A stretch of 64,000 nt of DNA from Octopus sinensis (Eukaryota). Below, one piece after another: positions 28,012 through 41,870 of this stretch (the first letter of the stretch is position 1; each line of letters opens with the position of its first letter). The translations under genes were made by a program, and so were the position numbers. Under the pieces are notes generated by a model that saw only the letters and a program-made list of their open reading frames with translations, was not told the origin of the DNA and searched no databases. The stretch is from NCBI RefSeq assembly GCF_006345805.1, contig NC_043012.1, positions 31,062,001 to 31,126,000 on the forward strand. Direction: 5' to 3'.

Positions 28012-28310
28012 ATATATATATATAATACAAAATGGGACAAGAACGCAAAACATCCAAATAGACGATACGAAAAACACGGACGGTCATTCGAAGCCAATTC
28101 TTCAGTCAAGAACTGGATCATCCTCGCAATTTCGGCTGATTAATCTTGAGATTGCTCCAATCTGGCCAGCCCGAAGGAAAAACTAAGCTAAGAGCATTAT
28201 ATTCCTTGGAAAAAGGATCGAATGTATACGAACCAAGGACAGAAAAACGGACGATGTTATACGAATATAAATACAAAGAAACAAAAATATGAATATAAAT
28301 ACAAAAAAAC

Positions 28311-28341
<31 letters not shown>

Positions 28342-28820
28342 TAATATATATATATATATATACATACACACACACATATATATATATGTGTGTGTGTGTG
28401 TGTGTATATATACACACACACACATACACACACATATATATACACACTCATGCAAAGTTGTATACACAATTGATTCTATTGTATTAAATATGCATTTCAC
28501 GCGCGCGCAACACACACACCAAATACACACACACACACACACATACGTTGTAATTAAATATATGCAAGGCTATACAGTCGATTTTAAGAAAGGATATTAA
28601 TTAATAGCTCTCAATTCTGCATATATATTAAATTATATAATTTTATAGAATACTCAGAACTCTTTGACCGTTGCATAATGATATATAAAAATGCTTTAAG
28701 AAGCAAGCATAAATATGTATATATGCATACATAAATACACACTGATACTTACATAAGCACACAGATATGTACATACATTAACACACGCAGGCGAGTGAAG
28801 CACAAGTACTTGTATTCTAA

Positions 28821-29235
28821 GGCGGCGAGCTGGCAGAAACGTTAGCACGCCGGGCGAAATGCGTGGCCGTATTTCGTCTGCCGTTAGCTTCTTGATTTCA
28901 AATTTCGCCGGGGTCGACTTTGCCTTTCATTCTTTTGGGGTCGATAAATTAAGTACCAGTTACGCACTGGAGTCGATGTAATCGACTTAATCCGTTTATC
29001 TGTCTTTGTTTGTCCCCTCTATGTTTAGTCCCTTGTGGGCGGTAAAGAAATAAGTTTTTCGTCTGTCTTTACGTTCTGAGTTCAAATTCCACCGAGGTCG
29101 ACTTTGCCTTTCATCCTTTCGGGGTCGATAAATTAAGTACAAGTTACGCACTGGGGTCGATATAATCAACTTAATCCGTTTGTCTGTCCTTGTTTGTCCC
29201 CTCTGTGTTTAGCCCCTTGTGGTTAATAAAGAAAT
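28821..29235 (+). mobile_element. Dimeric SINE B inserted as one unit, 18-bp TSD
   Basis: AAGTACTTGTATTCTAAG at 28804-28821 and 29236-29253; second monomer starts at internal TTTCGTCTG (~29057). Confidence 0.9.
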
Positions 29236-29689
29236 AAGTACTTGTATTCTAAGTAAAAAGTTAGATGCGCAGATACTTGTATACTAGAGTATAACTCATG
29301 TCCATCTCACAAATACAAGTTATCCATGAGCACAAACATGCATATATACACACATCTTTCTTAAATGAAACTGTTATATCGCAATAGTACACAGTGGCTG
29401 TGTGCGCTACAAAATACTCGTCGCCACATATATCGCACGATCGGATGACCTCTACTCAACTCTTCGACGTCTAGACTTCTCTCTATATATCTACGTATTG
29501 GGCTTGCCTACTTCATTGTCTGGGGGCATCGACACAACAGAAACTAAAGACCTTTGCCACCCCATCTTTCTTAAATGAAACTGAAGACCTTTGCCACTTG
29601 GTTAGTGACCAACTTAAATTCTCAAAATGAAAAAAACAAAAAACAAAACAAAAAGCATACATTCCCCCCCAAATAACTTAGATCCTAAA

Positions 29690-30010
29690 GGAAACATAAA
29701 TAGGCGGGATATCGTTGTTTAGGACAGACAAGAAAAAGTATTAAATCATAGAGGTCAGGTGCCCTGCTGATGTGAACATCTCTTTGAAAATTAAAGAAAA
29801 AGATGATAATTACGGACAACTGCTTCGAAATCTTCACCTTCTGTACCCAGATTATAAATTCACATTTATACTAGTAATGGCTGGTACACCTGGTTTTGTG
29901 ACGATCTGGACAAGCTGGGGTTTCCACCTGGACCGTCTCAACGTTCACCTTTGTATTATGCCATTCTTAGGACAATGAACATCCTCGCCTCTTCTGGTAA
30001 TGACAATTTT
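29690..30010 (+). pseudogene. RLE-type (R4-like) non-LTR retrotransposon C-terminal fragment
   Basis: NRRDIVV*DRQEK..IIEVRCPADVNISLKIKEKDDNY (degenerate PD..E..K restriction-like endonuclease motif). Confidence 0.75.
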
Positions 30011-30050
30011 TACTAAAATAGATGTATGTTTGTGTGTATGTATATCTGTG

Positions 30051-30112
<62 letters not shown>

Positions 30113-30654
30113 GTGTGTGTTTGCATATATATATATATTTACACACACACACACACACACAAATATGTATACATAAATGTGTGTACGCACATAAGCACAC
30201 ACACACATATATACATACATATGTAAATCTATCAATATTATTCTTTGACTAGAATTATGTTGACAGTGTCTTCGAAATTTCGGCCTGCTGCCATTCATCT
30301 TATTGATGTTTAAGTTCGTTTTCTGTTAATTTTGGCCTTATGTAGTCTCTGGTAAGTTTATTTTTTTCTTGGGTAGGTGAAGCCATGTTAAGTGATAATT
30401 AAGCTGTGGGGTAAGTTCTAATGGAAAGATATTGTAGAAGATTTTTATTGATTAAAGTTAGAGTTATGTTACTGTTCACAGTTTCAGTCATGCATGCTAA
30501 ATTTTGAAATCAGGTGTGTCTATTTATGCGTGTAACGTTCATGTTATTTTGAATCCTAAAAACAAACATACATGTATGCATACACACATATATGCATATA
30601 TATATATATATATATATATATGAATGCATATATTTAGAGAGGAAAGAAAAGAGA

Positions 30655-30695
<41 letters not shown>

Positions 30696-31672
30696 GAGAA
30701 GCAGAGAAAAAAAAACAGACCCAGACGTAGTTGCATAGTTGAGAAGTTCACTTCTCTAATGTTTGATCTCGCGTATGTGTCTGTGTGTGTGAGTGTGTGT
30801 ATGTGTGTGAGTGCGTGCATATGTATTCATATATACGCATGTATGTATATATATGTATATGTATGTATACACATGCATGAACGTATGAATCTATACATGC
30901 ACCCGCTACACATACATAACAGGATGTTTAAATATAATTGAAAATTTTTGTGTTTATGCATTTGTTCAAATGAACGAGTTAATTTGCAAAGTATTGTGCA
31001 GATTTCTTCAAGGCAAGATTTAAAGAAAGCAAAAAGGTGAAAGCTGCGAGAAAGGGAGGAAAGGGAGAGAGTGAGGGAGAGGAAGAAAGAGAGAATGAGA
31101 GACGGAGAAAAGGAGAGAGAGAGAGAGTTGTAGGAGGTGATGTAACAGTGCATTGAAGGTCTGTCTGCTGTGATACAGCTTTGAGTAGAAAATGTGATTA
31201 GACGAGCAGACCGAACGAACTGTGGCTCGAAGCAGCGCTGGGAGGTAAAACATGGTTACTTGTAGCTTTTTGTTTTTTTTTGAAGAGAGAGACCAAAATT
31301 TACCATTCCATAATACTCGGTAACTGGCGGAAGATGCTAAATGATGCGGAATCTACCATCTCTGAATACTGTAGAATATTGCTTTTGGCATTCGTTGATG
31401 TTGCCGGATGATATTGGTGTTGGTGTTGATGCAAGTTGTGTTGGAAGTGGTTTTCATGGAATATTTGTGTGTGTGTACGTGTGTGTGTGAGTGTGTGTGT
31501 GTGTGTGTGTACGTGTGTGTGTGTGTGTGTGTGTCGTGTGTGTACGTGTGTATGTGTGTGTGTGCATGTGTGCGTGTGTGTATGTTCATATGTGCGCGGG
31601 GCGTGTGACTGTCTCAGCATGTGTGTACATATAAACATCCATATACATACACACACACACACACACATACAC

Positions 31673-31703
<31 letters not shown>

Positions 31704-31866
31704 CATACATACATACATACATACATATATGCTGGGTTGCTGGGTTTGTGTGTTTGTGTAGATGTGTATAAACACGTACATATATATACAACCACGCCTT
31801 CGTCTACAAACATACATATATACATACATACGTACATATATACATACATATCAACATATTTGTGCA

Positions 31867-31903
<37 letters not shown>

Positions 31904-31906
<3 letters not shown>

Positions 31907-32206
31907 CGTGACCGACAGGCTATCAAATGTTGCTACACATCGCCGGTCACAATGCGCTTCGCATTGTTTTTAGCCTTCAAATGACGCCACCCCGCTGGCT
32001 AAGCGAGCAGGCCAACAGAAGAAAGAGTGAGAGAAAGTTGTGGCGAAAGAGTACAGCAGGGGGTCGCCACCACCCTCTGGCGGAGCCTCGTGGAGCTTTA
32101 GGTATTTTCGCTCAATAAACACTCACAACGCCCGGTCTGGGAATCGAAACCGCGATCCTACGACCGTGAGTCCGCTGCCCTAACCACTGGGCCATTACGC
32201 ATCCAC
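31904..32206 (-). mobile_element. SINE family A variant: same tRNA head and core as 5740, different tail
   Basis: 32020-32206 matches the reverse complement of 5740-5920; 31904-32015 does not match the 5920-6250 tail. Confidence 0.85.
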
Positions 32207-32216
32207 ACCCACACAT

Positions 32217-32253
<37 letters not shown>

Positions 32254-35200
32254 ATTATTTTATTTTATTTATTAGGGAATAAAAATTCCGGCATCACAGG
32301 GGTTCAAATTACTCTCAATGAGGAAATATATATGTTATTTAGAGATAGTAGTCCCCTTCATCACACCATATAAAAGAATTTTTATTTAATCCTCGCTACT
32401 CATTTCTCAGCTACACGTGTTTCTTGAGGATCTTTTACGGTTCCTTAAGCACGCAGTGTTTTACAGGAACCTTTCTTAGAATGCAACCCCAATCATCAGG
32501 CCTCTAAATAACTTTATCATAGTTCGATACCAAATACTATATTTTAGTGTGTGTAAATAGATTCGCCGGACCTTACTGTGCAAGCCATAATTTAATTCAA
32601 ATAAAATTAATAAAAATAAAAAATAAAAAATTTAAATTAAAAAAAATAAAAATTTACAAAAACTAAATTCTCACGTAACTTATGTCTGTAAACGTTCATA
32701 TAAAATTAATATGTAGGGATAATAATAATATATATATATATATGTGATGATACAATAATGAAAGCAATGGCAAATAAATATATTCGAATAAAAAAAGTGG
32801 ACATACACAAGAACGAATGAAAAAATGCAAAAACAAAATTTACAAATGATACGAATGATAAAAATGTAAAATGTACATACACACAGGCACACGCACACAC
32901 AGGTACACAGACACACACATAGATGCATATAGACACATACAAGCATAGGTAAGCATATACAGCACATGCAGATACTCGCAGGCATACATGTACATACGCA
33001 CACATGTACATACGCACACATATAGGTACACAGGCGCACATACATACAAGTACCCACAGGCATGCACAAGCACGCACAGGTACACACAGCCACACACAAG
33101 CACATACAGAGAGGCTCATACAGGCATTCGCAGGCAAGGGACGGGTTTATCATTTTCGATTTAAACTTTCTAGAAAGGAAAGTAGGAGCTCTTACGCCGT
33201 CTCTGGAGATGCTTGAAACGACAGTAAAACCTTCAAATTACAATCAACCATGTCTGAAACTAAAGGGCACATTGGATAAGTCACACTTGGATATCACGAA
33301 AATAACAGATGACCACAATTAGAATGTCTTCCTTCATAGGTTTAACCAGTCACTCTTTTCTAATAATGTACAAGTCTCTCCTGGTTTGGCGGCTGAGGAA
33401 AACCTTTACTTGTTTGGTTTTCCTCGATATGTAAAATTCAGTTTGATGGGAACTATATCGATTTCTATTTGTTTTTTACCATACTTTTCAAAGTGAATAT
33501 TTCTTTCCTTAAGGAATGTGTATGCTGGGATGGTGGTGGTGTTCATTACGTTTTTGTTGTCTACGAGTCGAAACATTTTAATGCCACGAGTGGGTCAACT
33601 TTACCTTCAGCGCAATCATGCTGATGAAATCAGGTAAAGTTTAATAAATAAATACTTTTTTCTTTAATAATTTATTCATTTAATTTTTATGTCGTATAGA
33701 AAAAAAAACTTTTTACACAATAGTAAAAGCGTGAAAAAATGTAATTTTGGGGTGAAAAATCAATAAACAGGTGATAAATATGGTTTTGCTGTTAATTTTA
33801 GCAGCTTCAGCAACCATGAGCAGCTTAATAAATTCATAAAACTTTTGTGTCGTATAGAAAAAAAAAGGCAAAAGTGTGAAAAAAATATCTAAAAAGAGAA
33901 AAGAAAAAAAAACCCAAAAACAAATTAAGGGGGTTGGCGGGAGCGGGGGCGAAAGATGTAAAAAAAATCCAATTTAAAGAAATTTTTTTCAAGAGTAACA
34001 ATTTCAGGATGGAAGAAATTTGAAAAAAATATGGATTTTAAAAGTTTAAATGCGTGGTACAGTAAAATGACGAAAAATACCAAAACCACCAATAAAATTC
34101 CATTTTATTTGTGACAGCTATTCCGAAAGTTCCCCGATTACATACACACACACACACACACACATACACACGCATATATACATGTACACGCATACATACA
34201 TATATATTCATATGTTTAGAAGTTTTAATGAGTGTGCATGAGTATCTGTCGACGGTTTAAAATCAGTGTATTATATAAACATTGGCAAGACAGCCAAAAA
34301 ATCGGTGCTTTCCGAACGAGTTCCCTTGCAGTAAGTTAGAGACCCTCCCCTGTTACTTTCGCAGTCATAAATGCAGTGAAGCGGCGATTGGTCTGTTCAA
34401 AAATCGATAACCAATAACAGTATCGTTCACAGTTTCTGATACAGAAAATAAATCTAAAATAAAATAAATAAACGCCAATAAAAAAGAACGAAAAAATGTT
34501 ATCACTGTTTGTTTTGTTCCTTTCGTTTGGCACCATTGGAACATTCGAGATGGATGTTAGTGTTATTGATCGATTCCTAGTTGTTGATAATGATTTTGAT
34601 GTTTGTAGATTCGATGATCGTGGTATTTCGTTGGTGTTGTTGTTAAAGGTAAAAGTGCAATGGGGGTGGGGTTGTTACTGGTAGTGAGAATATGGAAAGA
34701 AACCATTATAAGAGAATAATCGTTTGCTGAGAGGAAAAAAGTATAATGAAATTATTGGAGAAAAAATTAAGCTAGGCTGAGACAAAATTATTCAGCATTC
34801 CATTAAGATATAGAAAATCACTCTAAAATTGAAGTTGTTGTTGTTGATGGACCTCAGATCAAGATAGTATATACAGATAATAAAAGGCGTTCCAGCTGTG
34901 CCCATCCTGTTCTTCTGGATACGCAAAGCAAGAATGCCTCTTATTTCCTTTCCTTAGCTGAGATGGTAGGGTTTGATTGGATGGACTTGACGGCTATTTC
35001 TAGGAAGTTGGGCAACCAGGTAGAGACTTCTAGGTTGTCACGTCTAAAGTTTAAATTAGATTAAAAAAAAGTAGAGTTGGAAAACTACTTTAATAAATAA
35101 ATAATAGATTCAAAACAAAATAATTTAAAACATAGATCGTTTTCTTAAACATTTGTTTAGCAAGATTATTGCGACACGGTAATGGTTTGTGGGCTTTTGG

Positions 35201-36005
35201 AAATATTAGCTTCATTTATTTGGAACTGTTACACACACACACACACACGCGCGCGCGCGCAGCACACATGTATATATATATTGCTTAATGAGCACAGTGT
35301 ATATTTTTATAAGCTGATAATAGTTTCATGCAGTGAAAATGATACAAACAACATTTTATGATACGTCTGGTGCTTTCATGCAGTCTTCAGGCTGCGCTCA
35401 AATGCCATATACAAGCTAAAACTGGGCGACAGAATAAGAGAAAATACGAGAAAATGCGAGAAGGTAGATGTAAAAGGTGGAAGTTTGAAAACAGTAGAAA
35501 ACGAAAGTAAAAGGAAATAAAAAAGAAAAAGAAAAAAAACGAAGAGAATTTGAGTTATGTCATCTTTGACCCTAAAGCCATAACGAGGCTAAACGGATAG
35601 GGATGTAGAGTCTGCGGTACAGCCAAATTGCAGATCCTTTTCATATCTGGGAAATCCACTGCCCCGCTGAATTCTAGCTCTGAAATTTTCAGTGGATGTA
35701 AACATAAGCATAAGTGCCTGTTGCCGAATTGGAAAATACCACCCTCTACGAATTGAGCGATTGTATCGCAGACTCTAGACTTTTTTCCACAACCCCTCTA
35801 GTAGTAGAGAGAGTATGTGCCGCTGGTCAGTGGGTTTGATGATCAAGCTATACCGCTAAAAGCGGGTGCGAAACCAGTGGTAACTCCCTGACTAGCCTTA
35901 ACCACTGACTATATCAATTATTACTGCACCAAAGGTTTTACAGTGTGCTTCAGTTCGGACTTATGAACAACTGACCGACTATATACATATACATAAATTT
36001 ACACA

Positions 36006-36050
<45 letters not shown>

Positions 36051-36231
36051 ACACACACACACACACACACAACACACACACACAGACTTTGTATATATAT
36101 GTATATTTGTATACATATACATATATATATATGTACGTATGTATGTGTGTATATATACGTATGTATACATACATATGTGTGTATATATATATATATGCAT
36201 GTATATATATATGCACACACACGTACACACG

Positions 36232-36280
<49 letters not shown>

Positions 36281-38455
36281 ATGAATATATATGCGAGGGC
36301 ATTTTTAAAAGTTGACAATATATCGTAAGATAAGTTCTTAATTACTGCGTTAGAAATATTTATTTTCAAAGCAACATTGTTGGAATCATTATGGAAAAAA
36401 ATTATTAGTTGTTATATACCATCTATTATAGATAGCAAAGCAGACATACATGCCAACTGCTGATACAAGTTGAACTGATAATTATCTGATAGTAATCTCT
36501 TTTGATGATAATGTTCAACAAATTATTTGATAGAGAGTTTGTTGAGAATAATCTTGCTCTTTATTGGAGTAGAGACAGGCCTCTCCTGGAAGAGCGTGTG
36601 TGAGCGCTGAAACGGGAGTAGACCTGCAGCCATGTTGAAAAAAATTAAGATAATGTTAAACCTTGTGTAACACCATGATGAAGAAGAATTACGTGAGAGC
36701 AAACTGTATTTTATCTTCTCATTAATAAAGAATGGTAATGGGTAATTGTTTCACAAACATTTCTTTTTGGACTGGATGCCTGGTATTTATCAGTGTGAAC
36801 ATTATTGCCTTATCAGAAAGAGGACGAATACATTTGCAAAAATACCTCTGTCCTCTTGCATGATATTTTCCAACGAGGAATAAAGTCAATTTTTTTGGAG
36901 ACGGCACTGGGTATATATATTTTTTATAGTGTAGAGTTATTTAGCATATAGCTAACTGAACATTGAAAAATCAATTTCCTTTTATCCCAGGGCGAGGAAG
37001 CTGTCCATTTCTTGCGTAACCGTTCACACAGATAATCAATTCTGACTTCTTTAACATTATCATCGATAAAACCAGAAACATGCTAGGAAGATCACAGCCA
37101 ACACAACCACACTACCACTGTTATTATTATCATCATATCCCTGACGAGATTAGATTAAAATCGTATTCTGGCTTTAAGGATTATTTCCTGTCACAATGCA
37201 TTTTTTCTTTCTAATGCATACGATTTAGTTTTCAGAGTTCTTTGATAAATACGGCGATTTTAATGAGCAAGGAAGTTCTATATAAGTGATTTCCTATTAA
37301 AAGAATTTGCAAAAGTTATTTTGAATGCTTATTCAACAGTTTCCGAACATGGAAAAAATGCAACTTCTCAGTTTTTACACTTATTTCAATATTCAGATGT
37401 TTGTTCTAACCTAAATTACTGATGTGAACTTTATAATTTTTCCTTTCACGCAAAGTAAACGAGACAGATTATTTATTGCATTAGTTGCATTCTACATCAA
37501 GAGTCTCAAACAAGGAAATAAAAATGAATATATATGAAACTGGGAGCAACTAGAGCCACACTTGGCTTAGATATCGGACTTGCAGTTTCACTGACATCCC
37601 CATAATCACTTACTTGTGGGTGTGCGCATTCATGCACGCTCACATGTTGTACATGTTCTAAGTAGTTTTACGTAAATTAGAACTTACATAAAGAATCTTC
37701 ATTTATTTATTGTGAAAGAGACCAGTTGTGTTAAATTAGTTTTGTATAATGTAAGCATTGCCCTATTTTTCTTTAGGTGGCTATTTCTGGAACTTGATCA
37801 GCTAACTTAAAAGAGCTAAGTAATTCGTAGGGAGAAAAGCTTTCTAATGAATATTCCATATTATTATGATCAGTGAAGGTCAAAATATCACCCAGAGTTA
37901 TATTTCTTGCATAACATAAAATTCGCTGCTATTTTAATGGCAAAGAAAAATCTATTTGCTTTTCGTGATATTGAATTAGAAATCACGGTGTGCAAATAAG
38001 ATAATTTTTTTAAGGTAGGAAATTTACAGCGGGTAACAGAATTTTCACTCCACGCTGGTATTCAAAGATTCTTTAAACTTTTAATATACTGAGCGTCCAA
38101 ATGTCTTTCGAAATGTGAGAAGTAGTTTATTATTCTCGATAGGGTTTCTGATAGGCTTCTAAATATACTATTGAAATGCAATGGAATCGTCTTATTGTAT
38201 TTACAGACATTTAGGATTTAAAAAAAAGCAGAGATAAACTGGTTTTTGTAAATTTGACGCGTTAAATTTCATAGCAGAATCATTAGAGAGTCGCAAAAAT
38301 GCCTTGGGATTCTTTACATTCTGAGTTCAAATACTGCCGAGATCAATTTTGCTTTTCCTTCCAACAGGCTCGATGAAATAAAGTACTAGTCAAATGCCGG
38401 GGTTAATGGTATTGTCTTACCCCTTTCGCTCACAATTCCTTGCCTTATGCTTTAA

Positions 38456-38503
<48 letters not shown>

Positions 38504-38504
<1 letters not shown>

Positions 38505-38976
38505 GAATGAGAGACCAGTGCATGCCATCAAAGTGACACTGGGGCAAAATATACGAAGCCCAGTATACCCACCATGATTGCCCTTCTAATAAGAATACAC
38601 CAGGCACATGCATCACAACCATATGTGCGCCACATGGTGATCTCATATCAAGATAAACAGCACAAGACTTTGCGGGTGGGACCCAGGTAGAATTTTCTTC
38701 TGGTCGAGTAGCCCATCCCGCTCAAAAGGTCCCTGAATAAGGGTTGTTTAAGGATGTTGAACGAAACACTCATATTTCCAGAAGTGAATTATTCAAGGTC
38801 CAAAGAATCCCTCTCAACACATGGCTATGATGTTCCCCCACTATCCTTGCTCATGATCAGAGAAGCACATATTGCCAGCCACTAAAGGATATGCTCAATT
38901 GGTTATGGTCAAGCAACTGACAAGTAAATCTGTGGCATTGTGCAGCATATTAGCTGTAGCCCATCTTTTAGAACAA

Positions 38977-38977
<1 letters not shown>
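38504..38977. mobile_element. Unclassified interspersed repeat embedded in (ATT)n
   Basis: 470-bp unique-looking, higher-GC block bounded by (ATT)n on both sides (38457-38503; 38978-39160); I recall it as a common Octopus repeat (unverified). Confidence 0.5.
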
Positions 38978-39043
<66 letters not shown>

Positions 39044-39054
39044 AACTACAACTG

Positions 39055-39158
<104 letters not shown>

Positions 39159-40743
39159 TCCATGATGTTTGTGATGATGGCGCGGAGTTAAGTGGTTTGC
39201 AATCTCAAAACTGAATTGTCCCAGGCAAGAATTTAATGAATTAAAAGATAGTGTCGAAGATCGTACAGAGTCGCCAGTTTGTTCCACGAGATATTTGTGT
39301 AATTCAATAAATACTCTTCAGTTGACTTCACTTTTGTTTTCCTTTGAGGCTGGAAAGACAGGAGTTATAAAATTTTGAAACAAAATGGCATCTGGGCGAC
39401 GCCATATTGGCTGTCTGAATTTACAAATGGTTGCTGTAAATGGTTGTTTCAATGATGAAATATTAGCGATAGTATATATTATTGTTTTGTCGATTTTATG
39501 TGTACACATCTATACATGCAGATGCAAACACATACACACACACATACACGCACACAAACACACACACATTCGCTAGCCTTACACATCCGAAGTCTGTATA
39601 GGCAATTAATTGAACTATTTAATATTTTATGAACAGGAAGAAGCAACTCATTTTAGACTTTCTAGACAGATCGACATATAGTTGATTAATATAAGGTTTC
39701 ATGTTCGAATATCTGTGTCACACTTGTAGCTATGAAATAGCTGACCAATAGCAATAGAAAACAGTAAATTAATTTAACATTCAGGAGATTCTCTCCCTCG
39801 TCCGTACAAATACAGGGAGAATCCACCATAAATCCAGGCCTGGTGGGACTCCAAGTACCATAATTCATACCACCCTTCTTCCCATGTACGTTGGGAAGAG
39901 GGCGATTTCCTCGGTTCTACGTGTGGTCACCGAGCTCTGTATCGCCTGCCCTTCAGTCTTAAAAAAAAGACCTCTACTCCGCTGTACTGTCTCACTCTTA
40001 CAATGTGGTGAATATTCTGCCATCTTTCTTTCAAGGCTTTTCCCACCAGGTCGCGTTTAGCGTTGTCTTTCTGTTCACGCGCCTGCAGACAACTGTCCGT
40101 TTGACTGTTGCTTCAAGTACGTCGCTCAGAGGCGTCAATTCTGCCCTTCTTCCATTCATTTTCATATAATTTAGTTTTTCTATTTTGTTCTCCAATGAGA
40201 TGTTAAACAATTCCTTACTCGCCGCTTACTTCATTTTTATTAGACCCTTCGTAATTCTTGTCAATGTTGTTCTTCGTTCTACTACAATTTCCATGTAGAG
40301 AGGAAGATTTTACTTCTTTTTCGTCTGGCCTTCCTTCTTCTTCTTCTTCTTCTTCTTCTTCTTCTTCTTCTTCTTCTTGCTGTCTACTGCCAGTCATGGT
40401 GGGGAGGACGGGGAAGTGCTCGTACAAATTGCCGTACCATCTCCCTTCCTCACTCCCGTCATCTTCGTCGCCATCTTCAATGTTTACTTTCTTCGAAGCA
40501 AATTTTCGAAGATATTTGACAGCAAAAAGGTTTGTATCACCACCAAAATGGGGCTTTGGTTAACGAACGTCAGCCACCACCCCCACCATCCAGAAGGGCA
40601 GCTGACTTGCAAAAGGCTTTAAACAACAAAATACAGTACAGAACCTTTAAAATAAGTGAATTAGTCATAAACTTACAGCACTCCAAAAACGCACCCCCAA
40701 CTATGGCGACAACAACAACAACAATAATAATAATAATAATAAC

Positions 40744-40841
<98 letters not shown>

Positions 40842-40851
40842 TAATAATATT

Positions 40852-41746
40852 GTAAAAGTGGGCATTACTTGGAACTGCACACATATTGCGTAAAGTACTC
40901 TCAGTTTGAAGCTCAGGTGTGAAAGCAGAGATTGAAGGTTTCATATTGGCGGCACAAGATCAAAGCTTACTTACCAAAAACTACCAGGCTAACGTTCTTC
41001 AAAACGGTTATGATCTTAAATGCAGATTCTGCGATAAATTTGATGAAACAACAAACCATCACGTCTCGGGATGTCCTGTGCTGACACCAAACAAATACGA
41101 AAATCACCACGATAGGGTAGGACAATATTTACATTAGAAAATATGTAAACACTTCAACATCAGCATTCCTGCTAACTGGTATGAACATCATCATGAGCCA
41201 GTCGTTGAAGGTAAAAATGTTACTATCCTCTGGGATTCTTCAGTCAACACCGACAGAACGATCCAGGATAATCGACCAGATATAGTTTTTAAAGACAGGG
41301 AAGAAAACACTTGTAGACTAATAGATGTAAATGTTCCCACTGATAAAAATATATTTGTGAAAGAATTTGACAAATTAAGTAAATATAAGGACCTGGAAAT
41401 TGAAATACAAAAGATGTGGCATCTTAAAGCGAGAACTGTTCCTGTTATTGTGGGTGCCCTAGCTATGATAAGAAAGGGATGTCAGAAACATCTAGATAAT
41501 ATCCCAGGAGAACCATGTCTCAGAGAAATCCAAAAGATTGTGATGACAAGTACTGCCTACTTCTTTACAATAACTCTATCAATTTAAACGTCTGTGTTGT
41601 ATTACATAAAGACTTTTCGTTACTGCCCCTGCCACTTCTCCTTTCTAAGTTTTCAGTCATACTGTAACATCTCTTATCCTTCACCCGTCCTAGGACGCTA
41701 GGTGTGTCTCGGCAAGTGATTGTAACAAACATGCAGATTAAAAGTA

Positions 41747-41750
<4 letters not shown>
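40852..41750 (+). mobile_element. R4/Dong-clade non-LTR retrotransposon 3' portion (CCHC finger, RLE endonuclease, 3' UTR) within (AAT)n
   Basis: KAEIEGFILAAQDQ; CRFC..DETTNHHVSGC; NRPDIVFKD..LIDVNVP.D..KEFDKLSKY; one TGG>TAG-type stop at 41135; ORF ends 41587; (AAT)n on both flanks. Confidence 0.92.
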
Positions 41751-41787
<37 letters not shown>

Positions 41788-41816
41788 CAACAACAATAAT
41801 GATGATGATGATGATG

Positions 41817-41870
<54 letters not shown>

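Noticed and set aside
32465-32499. Minus-strand hammerhead (CTGATGA-TTGG..CTAA-GAAA-GG..CC-T)
   Set aside because: G at the cleavage position and no stem I pairing; at best a decayed copy.
36620-36760. LINE RT fragment (GVTQG resembling GVPQG) on the minus strand
   Set aside because: One short motif amid stops; insufficient evidence.
37141-37175. CTGACGA-GATT..AATC hammerhead-like start
   Set aside because: GAAA is replaced by GTAT and stem III is absent.
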